Assembly (NCBI RefSeq): GCF_001186125.1
Contig: NW_014040507.1
Span: 86,847-119,229, forward strand
Origin: Sphaeroforma arctica JP610
Lineage: Eukaryota
Direction of reading: 5' to 3'
Length of the DNA: 32,383 nt
A program made the position numbers and the translations under genes. Of this stretch, positions 1-10,039 are shown one piece after another; the stretch's first letter is position 1; the number at the start of each line of letters is the position of its first letter. A model generated the notes under the pieces. That model worked only from the letters and a program-made list of their open reading frames with translations, was not told the DNA's origin and made no database searches.

Positions 1-229
1 TATATATATTGATTGACTTTGAGATTACTGCTGCTACAGACATGGCAACATCCCAATTTTCCATTATCAACAAAACGGAAACCGTAAAAGCCTCATCAGG
101 TTATTCTCTGATTTTTACCGACTACCCTGTGCACATCTCTGCATAATGACATACTTCGCAGCTGCCCTTGGCTACTACTCAAATCATTAATCCGCCGATC
201 CAAGCACAACCCAGCTAAAGAAAAGAAAA

Positions 230-720
230 AAACATTAACCATACCGATCACCGAAGATTAGATAATAAACCACTGCGTGAATGGGCCTTTACAGATATGA
301 GATCTTAATCCGTCATGCACGTGAACAGGGGCCTTCACGTCTGACTATACACCCAGGACCTGTTCTTGTCAGGCCTACCTGATTCCTATCAAGAACAAAC
401 CAAGGGCTACCTACCTCCTCAGTCGCTCCGTCAATACTCAACGCTTTATATCTATCCAGGACCTTGCTTGTATGTTGGAGAGTGGGAGACCATGAACAAC
501 ATCAAACCACCTACCGTGAACCGACTTGCTACCGCGCCCGTAAATCCATTCACTCACAAAGCGAATGAACACAGTGCCACAACATCGTAAGCCACATAAA
601 CGCGTTGTACATACCCACACGCATCCACCAACTTACCACTACACGCCGCCTGGACACCATCAAACTCCTTATCGATGGTAGTGCCACCGTGAACTACTTA
701 ATACACAAGGACGTTCCGAG
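230..720 (+). pseudogene. Possible degenerate retrotransposon gag-like fragment
   Basis: Fragmented frames read YEILIRHAREQG and DLFLSGLPDSYQEQ, reminiscent of capsid-type FLxGL motifs. No other domain supports it. Confidence 0.25.
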
Positions 721-856
721 TTAACCAATATTGAACGAGGTAGATCTCCACTCCAACTTGCCGATGAATACACTACGGTCACCACCAAACGTGGCATTCT
801 CCCTCTCGTCGGCATGACCAACGTCAGCAACTTTTAAAACTGATTTGATTTTCGTT

Positions 857-945
857 GAGTCTCTCCCTTTTATATAGAGAGGGCAGGGACTCATCTCACA
901 ATTTCTCACTAAATTTTGAGAGTCTCACTAAATTGTGAGAAACTC
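857..945. repeat. Cluster of short direct and inverted repeats, possibly a DNA-transposon subterminal region
   Basis: tctcactaaatt occurs twice; tctcacaattt (~895) is inverted to aaattgtgaga (~930); gagtc...gactc hairpin at 857-892. Confidence 0.4.
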
Positions 946-1329
946 CGTGTGTAAAATCTACGAGACCCATTTACGATAATTTCCGACGGTTGTCTGTCGA
1001 ATTTTTATTAATCATTTTATGATAGATCACGGACCTTCAATAAATCATCGTAGAATAAACCTATACCACAAGCAAACTAAGTCAAAGTACCAATAAACAA
1101 ATCTAAGCTAATCCGAAGATCATCATTTCGATAACTTGTACAACAACTCCGCAGAGCCTACTCCAGTACAACGGATACCAATTTGTTTACACCGCCAACA
1201 CCACTACATGTATCATCACCGAAGGAACACACAAAATTACACACACAATTAGTAGCTACCACATGATCCACACAAATAGTGGCTAACACATGACATTTAG
1301 ACATTCGATCAGCTAACATTGTTTAATTC

Positions 1330-1680
1330 TATAGTACCTAAGACGAAATTAATTCTGTCACTACGAGCAAACGGTCGCCCCACTCCAACCTGCTGCACCC
1401 CCGAAGATCCCTTCACTAGCCGCAGATCTCTCACCCGATTCAACGCTCTCCAGTACACCGTCTACAGCTTTCACTACCATGTCCTATGATGAATTTCACA
1501 GAAATGAAGGACATATCTTAGTCGCAAGACCCACACCAACGTGGTATTATAAATACACACAAACCATCAATCTACGTTGACACAAACCCATGGCAACGCA
1601 GCCCTGACGAATGGCAGCAAGCCATGACCCACCTGAAATGGCAACCGACGATGTGTTACATATTCGTGCCCGCATTTTTA
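1330..1680 (+). pseudogene. Copia gag remnant related to the gag at 8540-8890
   Basis: Reads PEDPFTS..SLTRFNAL and FTTMSYDEF, matching QEPNDSYVSLISRFNTV and MMTMSYDEP of the minus-strand gag at 8540-8890. Confidence 0.45.
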
Positions 1681-1919
1681 CTCAATTTATTATTATACCA
1701 ACAAATTTTATTCTGAAATAAACATAATACGTTATGTTCAAAATTTTATAGTGTAACACATAGCTTGTGCCATGTCGTTACCCACATCAAAATCTCCTAA
1801 CAGTGCACCAGCAGTCACAAGTCGATAGTAGTCTCATCAGTGCATCTATATGTTTGCTAAACCTAGTGCCCAGCACTTAATAACTTTCACCACCATCCGC
1901 CAGTAAAGCCACACCGAAA

Positions 1920-2150
1920 ACAACAGCTGTGCTGCTAGCAGCACCCTTACTATTCGATCCGTCTACCGCGGCAAGAGGTGAGCCATTTTATCCCTCACAT
2001 GCCACAAGTCCTTAAAATTGGCAGCATGCATCTATTGTTTTCCGATGACATAGTATACAACTCTTTTAGCCAATCCCCTGCTTCTAATGATATGGAGCTT
2101 TTCGGCTGGATAAACAACCTGTTTTGTAGATCCTACAGATGCATATTAAG
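1920..2150 (+). pseudogene. Non-LTR (LINE-like) reverse transcriptase fragment
   Basis: LAAPLLFD (like SPLLFN) followed, after a frameshift, by MHLLFSDDIV (like LLFADDIV) in ORF 1978-2172. Confidence 0.45.
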
Positions 2151-3225
2151 TTATATATTGACTCTCTTCTGAGGGTCGATATACATATTGACAGCATGTA
2201 CACCCACACGTAAGTGTATGTGGTGTAGATTGATACTCTACTGATACGACACCTGACAGAGTGTTTGTATCACTTCATAGTTTATACTCATAATAATAAA
2301 TTCCGGGATAGCGAACTGCTGTTTTCGGGTTGTTTGGAAATCGATTGTGCTGATTGCGCGCTAACATGGAATCAGGGTTCAATGATTACATATCTATAAC
2401 TTATAGTCAAGCTTCTCGAGTATAATATCTGTTGAGCTATTATATATTATATCTTCTTCGCGGCTTCAGAGGTAGCAAATTTTCAGCCTCTGTCATGCTA
2501 ACGGCCACAGTCTTTTGGCAAGCGGAGAATGTAGCCAGTAAGTAGAGCGGCGTGTATCAAGACAGAAATTGTTGTCAGCGCCAGAATTTACGTCGATTAA
2601 TGGGGGGCCCGGTGCGTATTTGTAGGTGTGTCCCATTTGAGGGGTCGCTTTACGATATTAGAGTACTCGTTTGGTAACAGTCCAGTGATCCAGTAATGAA
2701 TATTTCCAATATATCGAGCCAGCGTGTTGATTTGGTACGTGATATCAACACGTGCAAAGAATATGAACACGTGTAAAGACTACTGAAGGGAGCCGATAAG
2801 CCTGTATGAACATGAGAGTCTAGTCTCCAGTGCTGGGTGGTGGCCGGTGTAGATGCGTCATGCATGTAAGTTGCTAAGATAGTACGTAGCCCAAGTCTTC
2901 GAGGATATGTGTATCTTTTGCAAGACGTATAAAGCGTCCTTTTGATATGATACGCATATGAGCCATTGAGGTTTGCCCATTGCAGCTAAATTCTTTTGAT
3001 CAGCGATGTGAACAGGTCAATGTCCGTCTTAGTGAGACTGCAGATGATAAGGTCGCCAACATAGAGAAGTACGACACAGTACTAGTCATCCTTTTTGACC
3101 ACGAACATGCAGAAGTTAGATTCAGATCGGAGTAGCTTAGACTTTAATCAGTGTATGCCAAAGTTAGCCTAATTGCCTGAGCTCATCTCTTATTGAGCCT
3201 GAGAATGAAGCCGTCTAGCAGGTCA

Positions 3226-3230
3226 TAGGC
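3226..3230 (+). repeat. 5-bp target-site duplication TAGGC (left)
   Basis: Identical TAGGC immediately flanks both outer LTR ends (3226-3230 and 7027-7031). Confidence 0.92.
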
Positions 3231-3458
3231 TTTCGGGGTAGCATCGCTCCCCACTACTTTATAAGGACATCCCCGGTCCTCTTTGTTTATTGCCCACCTT
3301 TGTGCAAGGACCACCCAGTCCTCTATAGTTGTCGCCCCGCATGGAATTATACTACAACTAAATACAATATAATGGGTTTAGGGCCTTTTATATAATCTAG
3401 GACAAATATACAATATACCTCTAGTTTTTCTGTAAATAAAGATATTTAGACTCCATTA
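3231..3458 (+). repeat. 5' LTR (228 bp)
   Basis: Direct repeat of 6798-7026; about 16 substitutions and 1 indel by manual count (~93% identity). Contains a tataa motif and AATAAA near its 3' end. Confidence 0.95.
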
Positions 3459-3468
3459 GTTTATGGGC
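3459..3468 (+). promoter_or_regulatory. Primer-binding site, half-tRNAiMet type
   Basis: GTTTATGGGC directly after the 5' LTR matches 9/10 of GGTTATGGGC, the complement of the tRNAiMet anticodon arm used by Drosophila copia. No TGG-type PBS is present. Confidence 0.65.
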
Positions 3469-3500
3469 TATAATTTGTAGTTTATTCTCTCTTTATTACC

Positions 3501-4606
3501 ATGGCGAACTCCTCTGGGGATGCTGACCCCCCCATCTATCTTTAATCATCGAAAACGCTGGGGAGAACTCTCTCACCGGCGACAATTATGATGACTGGCG
3601 TGATGATATCTACATGGCCGCCGCCACCTCTTTTGATCAATATGATCTCAATGATGTCCTTCACTTTCGAATTCCTGACGACATTCTCAAGAATGACCTA
3701 GCGACTCCATGTGGCCGCTATCAATCGCGTGGCCGTACTCCTGGCCGCGACTACACTGAAGTTGAGATGACAACCCACATTCATCGTATCAAGACCAATA
3801 AGTCATATACTCATACACTCGTGCCCGTGCCGTTCTGTTCAACTCCCTCTCTCGAGAACTGCTTCTGTCGCTCAAATCTAAGGCTCATCTCCAAGACCCC
3901 TGGGTCCTTCTTCGTGCTCGTGTGACTCAGTACCGCTACAAGTCCAAAAAGATATACAACCCTATCAACCTCGCCTATCTCCATGCCTTTAAGCGTCAAG
4001 ATGATGAAGTCATGCGCGCCTGGGCCCAACGCTGTTGGCAATCCCGTGAAGATGCTGATGATCAAGGATATACCTTTTACATGGCCTTCGTCCATGACGC
4101 CTTTATTTCTGGCTTATCTCAATCTGACCAGGATGAAGCACGCCGACTCCTTGTTTCCGCTGGTCAACGTGGTACTCCTGCCCGGCCCAACATCACTCCC
4201 CTCGGCATTTGTCTTCACTTGGAAAACTGGCACCTGTCTACCTGTCTGATCCCGAATGGAACGTCTCAGAGAAACCTCGTGCAGCCGCTACTCGTCGTCA
4301 CACGGCCTCGGTTCATGAACAACGCCAAGTCGAACTCACCTACTTTGAGCAATACCCATTTTCGGCTCTTGGTCTTATCCCAGATCCCCAGGATATTCGT
4401 GGCAAATTCATCGCTCAGCTTTCCGGAAAACAGCGCACCCCCAATGCTCCGCTTTCTGTTCCTCCCCATCATCGTCGTCCCAAAGCTAGTCAAAATGCTT
4501 GTTTCGTTTGCTGGGACCCTGCTCACAAGGCCCCTACATGCCCCAAAGCATGTGGACGATGCGGTCAAAAGGGGCATATGAGTGTTGCGTGCACATCTGG
4601 TTTTGA
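3501..4606 (+). pseudogene. gag: Copia gag, frameshifted, with two intact CCHC zinc knuckles
   Basis: ATG at 3501; ORF pieces 3614-3925, 3922- and 4209-4619; CFVCWDPAHKAPTC and CGRCGQKGHMSVAC. Confidence 0.85.
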
Positions 4607-4655
4607 CCCTAAACCCTAAAACCCTAAAACCCTAATAAAAACCCAAAAACCCTAA
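4606..4655 (+). repeat. Interstitial telomere-like tract (CCCTAAA/CCCTAAAA variants)
   Basis: accctaaaccctaaaaccctaaaaccctaataaaaacccaaaaaccctaa, about six degenerate units. Confidence 0.85.
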
Positions 4656-4656
4656 G

Positions 4657-5340
4657 ATGACTGGTCACGTCGCTAACGTCTGCTCTCAGCGATCCAATAA
4701 ACATAACTTCGTCTATCCTCAGTTTGTTGCTCATGTCACTGTTCCTATTTCTTTTAATCAAGCCGAAAACACAGTGTTTCTACTTGATACTGGCGCCTCT
4801 GTCATTCACGTCAATACCACTCTCACACATTTCCTTACAAAAATAGAACATGGTAAATTTCCTCTGCAACTCGCGGATAATACTGAGATTGTTCTTCGTC
4901 AACGTGGTATCCTTTCTCATCTAGGCCTCAGCTACATCTGTCCCGGGCTCTCTGACTCCATCGTTGCTCAACCCAATTTGCAAGAGAATGGTTTTGTTCT
5001 TGAGTACCCTGCCTGGACCCAGACCCTCCACATATCTCACCCTGGGTCTCACCGTACCATTACCCGTGCTCGGAGTGGTTATTATACCACTTTTGTCGAT
5101 CTCACCCGACTCCGCATAGATCCTCCCGCAGTCACTATGGCATTCCCTGACACTTCTGTCTCCCCGATCACCTCTCTTACTCCTTATCCTGCTACTGGTC
5201 CTCCACCACGCACCATGTCCTTTGACGGCATACCATCGTAATAATGCTCACAGAAGCCGTGCTACTACTCTGAAGCAGGTTCGCAAGGAGAATATTACAC
5301 TCACCTATACGCTTCCCCCTGGCGTTGCTACATAGGATTA
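4657..5340 (+). pseudogene. Copia aspartic protease plus GAG-pre-integrase HH region
   Basis: ORF 4657-5241 contains VFLLDTGASVIHVN; a shifted frame gives AYHRNNAH (5228-5251), like WHxRLGH. Confidence 0.85.
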
Positions 5341-5362
5341 CCAGTTCAACCCTACCCTTTGG

Positions 5363-6808
5363 TCCGATACCAAAGTGATTCACAGCAAATTTGTCTTTAC
5401 CCGTAAAGTATGAAGAAAACAGGATCCAGACGATCTTCAAGGCTCGCATGGTTGCTCGTGGGGAGAAGCAAGAATACGGCAACTCCTATCTCGAGACCTA
5501 TGCACCCGCCCGCTTCTGCCACTACTGCTCATACTTTTATTGCACTCGTTGCTTCTGAAGGCCTTGCCATCCACCATTTTGACGTCGATACTGCCTTCCT
5601 ATATTTGTTCCTTGACACCGTTCCCTATATGAAACTACCAAAAGGCAGCGTTGATTTGGGTCTATATCCCCCCCATACCACCCTGAGGCTCAAGAAAGGT
5701 CTCTATGGGCTTAAACAAGCCGGCCGCTTGTGAAACCATGACATTGATTCTAAGCTAGTTGGCCTCAATTTTTTTTACAAAACCCGGCAGAAGGAATATG
5801 CGTGTTGTTCGCTACGTTGACAAAGTTTGCCCCAGCTGTCCTGAAAACCTCTAATGACGTCCAGTGGCGCTTCCGTGAATTATCGCGCTTCTATTCTCTC
5901 AAAAATCTCGGCTTGGCTCGTCATCTTATAGGCCTATGTATTACGCAGCACTCTTCTGGCGCTATCACTATCGACCAGCAGGCATATATTACTCACATGG
6001 TTCATACATTCGACATTGAGGATGACTTCCCACGGCACACTCCGGGCAATGGCATTCATCCTGCTGCCCATGTCGACTCCCCTGCTTTCCGTGGAAAATA
6101 CCGTCAGCTCCTGGGAGCTCTTGGCTTTGCTGCCAATATGACTCGTGTTGACATTGCTACTATCCTTAACCAGCTTGCCGCTTATGCCGGTAATCCCACT
6201 ATGGCTCACGCCTCGACACTTAACCGCATTCTCAATTATCTCTCTGCTACAAGCACGCCCTCACATATTATCCCGGACCTTCTACTACGCTCCCGGGTGA
6301 CAGTCTCGTCGCATATACCGACTCAGACTGGGCTGGTTGTCTGGAATCTCGCCGGTCTCAGACCGGGTCCCTCCTCTGCTACAATGGTATTCCGATATAC
6401 TGGAAGTCTCACAAGCAGAAGACTGCCACTTTAAGCTCTAGCAAAGCCGAATATGTTGCTGCTTCTGAGACTGCTCGGAATATCTCTTGGATCCGCAATA
6501 TCGTCAGTTTTCTTGCTGGTCCTCTTCCTCGTCCGTCTGTTCTTCATATTGATAATCAGTCGGCTATGAAAGTGGCTCTTGGAACAGGCACACCTAAAGG
6601 TCTTAGGCATATACAAATCCGTATGTATTACATACAGCAATGTATCCACGACGATATCTTGACCCTTACCTACATTCGTACTGATGATAATCCGGCTGAC
6701 CTACTGACAAAAAGCTTTCATCGTCCTAAACACACCCGATTCCGGGACAAACTAATGTCCTCGGCTCAGCTCAGCCCGGTTAGTCCTTCTAGGGGGGTTT
6801 CGAGGTAG
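5363..6808 (+). pseudogene. pol: Copia reverse transcriptase and RNase H, frameshifted
   Basis: DTKVIHSKFVFTRK, FKARMVARG, HHFDVDTAFLY, LKKGLYGLKQAGRL, catalytic motif degenerate (YVDK), YRQLLGAL, YTDSDWAG, RHIQIRMYYIQQ, NPADLLTK. Confidence 0.92.
6791..6797 (+). promoter_or_regulatory. Polypurine tract
   Basis: AGGGGGG immediately before the 3' LTR. Confidence 0.85.
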
Positions 6809-7026
6809 CATCGCTCCCCACTTCTTTATAAGGACATCCCCGGTCCTCTTTGTTTATTGTCCACCTTTGTACAAGGACCACCCAGGTCCTCTCAGGTTGT
6901 CTCCCCGCATGGGATTATACTACAACTAAATACAATATAGTGGGTTTAGGACCTATTATATAATCTAGGACAAATATACAATATACCTCTAGTTTTTCTG
7001 TAAATAAAGGTTATTAGGCTCCATTA
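6798..7026 (+). repeat. 3' LTR (229 bp)
   Basis: Direct repeat of 3231-3458, followed by the TSD TAGGC. Confidence 0.95.
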
Positions 7027-7031
7027 TAGGC
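7027..7031 (+). repeat. 5-bp target-site duplication TAGGC (right)
   Basis: Matches 3226-3230. Confidence 0.92.
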
Positions 7032-8888
7032 GGCGGAACTCGGTGAGTATTTCATATATATAGGTTTGTCGAGGTCTACATATAGATACACGTTGACGTT
7101 TGTTTTTTTTTGACGTACCATCTTTGGAACACGGCCATGTCCAGAACACATATTCAACTCCTTTTCTCAAAAACATCGGTTTATCAGATATGACGAACGA
7201 GTCATGGAGTATGTTCCTATGGTGTAGAAACTCGTAGGATTTTCTGAGGCTCGTTGAATAGCAGCTAGCCATAAATCAGCATCCTCACCGGACAGAGCCT
7301 GTCGGATAGTGCGTGGTGTCGATGGGCGAAGCTGGATAGTTGTGTATGTACTGTACAGTTTGTTAGCAGTGTCTTTGAAGCCCTCTAGAGGTCAGGATGG
7401 AGCGTAAAAGTTCGGTCATTTTTAAGCACGGCGACGTAATTGAAGCGCCGTAATTGCTGCAGTCTCTGAGGAATAAACTACGTAGAAAAGTTTAGAGTGA
7501 AATGTAGCGTTCTTTGTTTGTTCTTCTTAGCAATAGTCTTTCTTTGCATCGTTCTTCTGGTTGCCTTTATGTAAAGTAAATATTTTGGGACGTAGCTGGG
7601 GCGCGCAAGTCTGTTGTGCCACAAAATCTGGCTGGCTTTCTACAGCGATGGTTTCACTGTGGTCATAGCTATGTCGTCGATGTGCACGAAGTATATTCTG
7701 TGCTTTTTATGTACCGTTATGGTTTCAAAGCTTGCTCATACATAATATTTACATCATGTTGTTGATGAATTCAAGTGATAAGTGTCGCGATGAGAGCAGG
7801 CACTAGTGCAGTTTTGAATGTCATATCGATGAGTACGTCCCCCAAGTTTTCTAGCTGAGCCACATACTTCGGATAAATGATTGTACAAACAGCTACTTCG
7901 AACGCATATCGGTCATTAATGAGCATGTTGCGAACGAGATGCTTGTGGTACTTATTATAAGGATGTACGTGTATGGTGGCGCAACTATTGCAAGTTAGTC
8001 AGTATCCACCTCTGGAATCTCTGCCTGACTGATCGTTTACCTCCTTGTTGTCGATTGTAGGGTTAATTTTTGGAGAATGCAATCTGTCTGTTAGCAGGTA
8101 GCTGGCCACCGGATACTTGTGCTGACATCGCTTTGTTCTATCTGCCTTCATGAGCTTGTCGTCGATTGCTCTGAAATCGGTATGTTCTGTCACTGGCTTG
8201 TGAACGTTGAGTATCTCGTAAATATCTACCATGGTCGTAGTCGCGTCGATTGTATCTATCTACTCGGTAGTTCTGTCAGTCATTATCATCGTAGCTATCG
8301 TAGCGGTATTGATAGCGGTTGTTACTGTTGTATCGTTCCTCACGTGTGCGGTAGCCACGATTTGAATCAGATCGGCTATGCTTGTCACTATTCTTGGACA
8401 TATATCTGTAGTCGCTCATGTCGTGGCGAGGACCAGATTTGTCAATCCGTCGATCGTAAGTTTTACGACCGTCGTGGTCACGACCCTAATTATGTGGGTT
8501 AGCAGCAACGCATGATTTGATTACTACTTGTAGCTTACAGCATTACCCGATGGTATATCCACGATTGTTGCAGAATGCACAATTTCCTGTCGATACAACT
8601 GCATGTGCACTGTGCACAATGGTTGATGGATTACTCTCCTCTGGATCCAACGCGATGAGATACGTGGTGGGCTCATCATACGACATGGTCATCATAGTGG
8701 GTGTCTTCAGCGTAATCTTGATAGTCTGATTATCGTCCTTCACAGCTTGCCGTAGAATAGCATATAGACTGTTGTTGGACTTCGAACCTCCGGCGTTTTT
8801 GAATTTCACAAGTACCGTATTGAAACGACTGATAAGACTGACGTAAGAATCGTTCGGTTCTTGCGTGATGCGGTTAAGTTCTAATGTC

Positions 8889-8921
8889 TTAGGGTTTTAG
8901 GGTTTAGGGTTTTTAGGGTTT
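8889..8921 (-). repeat. Interstitial telomere-like tract (TTTAGGG/TTTTAGGG variants on +)
   Basis: ttagggttttagggtttagggtttttagggttt, four units, at the point where recognisable minus-strand gag stops. Confidence 0.85.
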
Positions 8922-9610
8922 CAAGGTAAAAATTCATATGGTCAGTATGATAAGAGAAGCCTTCTGCAGAAAACTTTCACACTTCGATGCTATTCTATTT
9001 CGACTTCTCTGCAACTAAATCTCACGCTGATCACATGATGCCTTTCCGCATAGCTTTATGACTCACATAAAACCGCAGCTATTTTAGAATATTGCGGTGG
9101 TTGGCAGACTCAGTCCACTCTCGGGAGTTGGTCGAGATTCTTAATCTGCTCTCGGGAATCGGTGACATATTAAATCAACCGTGGTAACATAGATGATAGT
9201 AATTATGCCCTTATGTGCACAATCACGATTATAGTGCTCATGATCCTCAATGTGCTTGAGACTTTTCGCTACGTCGTTCTCAGGAGGTATCTTGATGGCC
9301 GACTAGTTGTCGACATGCAACATTGTGTGGGGATGGGACAGCATGTCGGAGCGCATCCAGTCAATTTCCTGTGTAGTAGGGATATCTTCATTATCGATTT
9401 CGAATTAAATCATTGGGGTGTTGTCTATTATATTTCAAGTTGGGGAGACGTGGTAGTTCAATTGAGTATTATGAATATTGGAACTATAAAACTCTGAACA
9501 TAATTGCGTGAAGTTTACTACAAAATACATTTATACATTTGTACAGTAATAATAAGCTTAGGAAAAATTGTGGCACTGACGATATGGGTAGGGTTTTAAC
9601 AAGTGGGATG

Positions 9611-10039
9611 NNNNNNNNNNNNNNNNNNNNNNNNNNNNNNNNNNNNNNNNNNNNNNNNNNNNNNNNNNNNNNNNNNNNNNNNNNNNNNNNNNNNNNNNNN
9701 NNNNNNNNNNNNNNNNNNNNNNNNNNNNNNNNNNNNNNNNNNNNNNNNNNNNNNNNNNNNNNNNNNNNNNNNNNNNNNNNNNNNNNNNNNNNNNNNNNNN
9801 NNNNNNNNNNNNNNNNNNNNNNNNNNNNNNNNNNNNNNNNNNNNNNNNNNNNNNNNNNNNNNNNNNNNNNNNNNNNNNNNNNNNNNNNNNNNNNNNNNNN
9901 NNNNNNNNNNNNNNNNNNNNNNNNNNNNNNNNNNNNNNNNNNNNNNNNNNNNNNNNNNNNNNNNNNNNNNNNNNNNNNNNNNNNNNNNNNNNNNNNNNNN
10001 NNNNNNNNNNNNNNNNNNNNNNNNNNNNNNNNNNNNNNN
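9611..10039. other. Assembly gap (429 N)
   Basis: Run of N. Confidence 1.

Larger units (their letters stand above)
3231..7026 (+). mobile_element. Ty1/copia LTR retrotransposon, pseudogenised, integrase core deleted
   Basis: Paired LTRs, TSD, PBS and PPT. Order is gag (CCHC knuckles), protease (LLDTGAS), pre-integrase HH, RT (LKKGLYGLKQAGR), RNase H (YTDSDWAG, AEYVAA, DNQSA, NPADLLTK). Confidence 0.96.
2200..8890 (-). mobile_element. Older, degenerate Ty1/copia element interrupted by the 3231-7026 insertion
   Basis: Minus strand: gag with knuckle remnant CAFCNNRGYTIG*C (8540-8890); TPRTIRQALSGEDADLWLAAIQ (~7260-7320); DLDKPIYMK (~7050-7077); LLYVGDLII with YVGD at 3052-3063; RNase H DTRRST-TGYI and QKTVAVSMTEAE (~2480-2570). 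Protease and integrase not seen. That gag and RT belong to one copy is inferred. Confidence 0.8.

Noticed and set aside
3372..3385. gggtttaggg in the LTR, and gggtagggtttt at ~9586, as further telomeric fillers
   Set aside because: Only about one unit each; the LTR motif is present in both LTRs so it is native, and chance cannot be excluded.
4606..4655. True chromosome end
   Set aside because: The tract is short, irregular and flanked on both sides by the same retrotransposon.
8925..9600. Additional gag-like fragment on the plus strand
   Set aside because: Coding-like appearance, but no motif strong enough to call.
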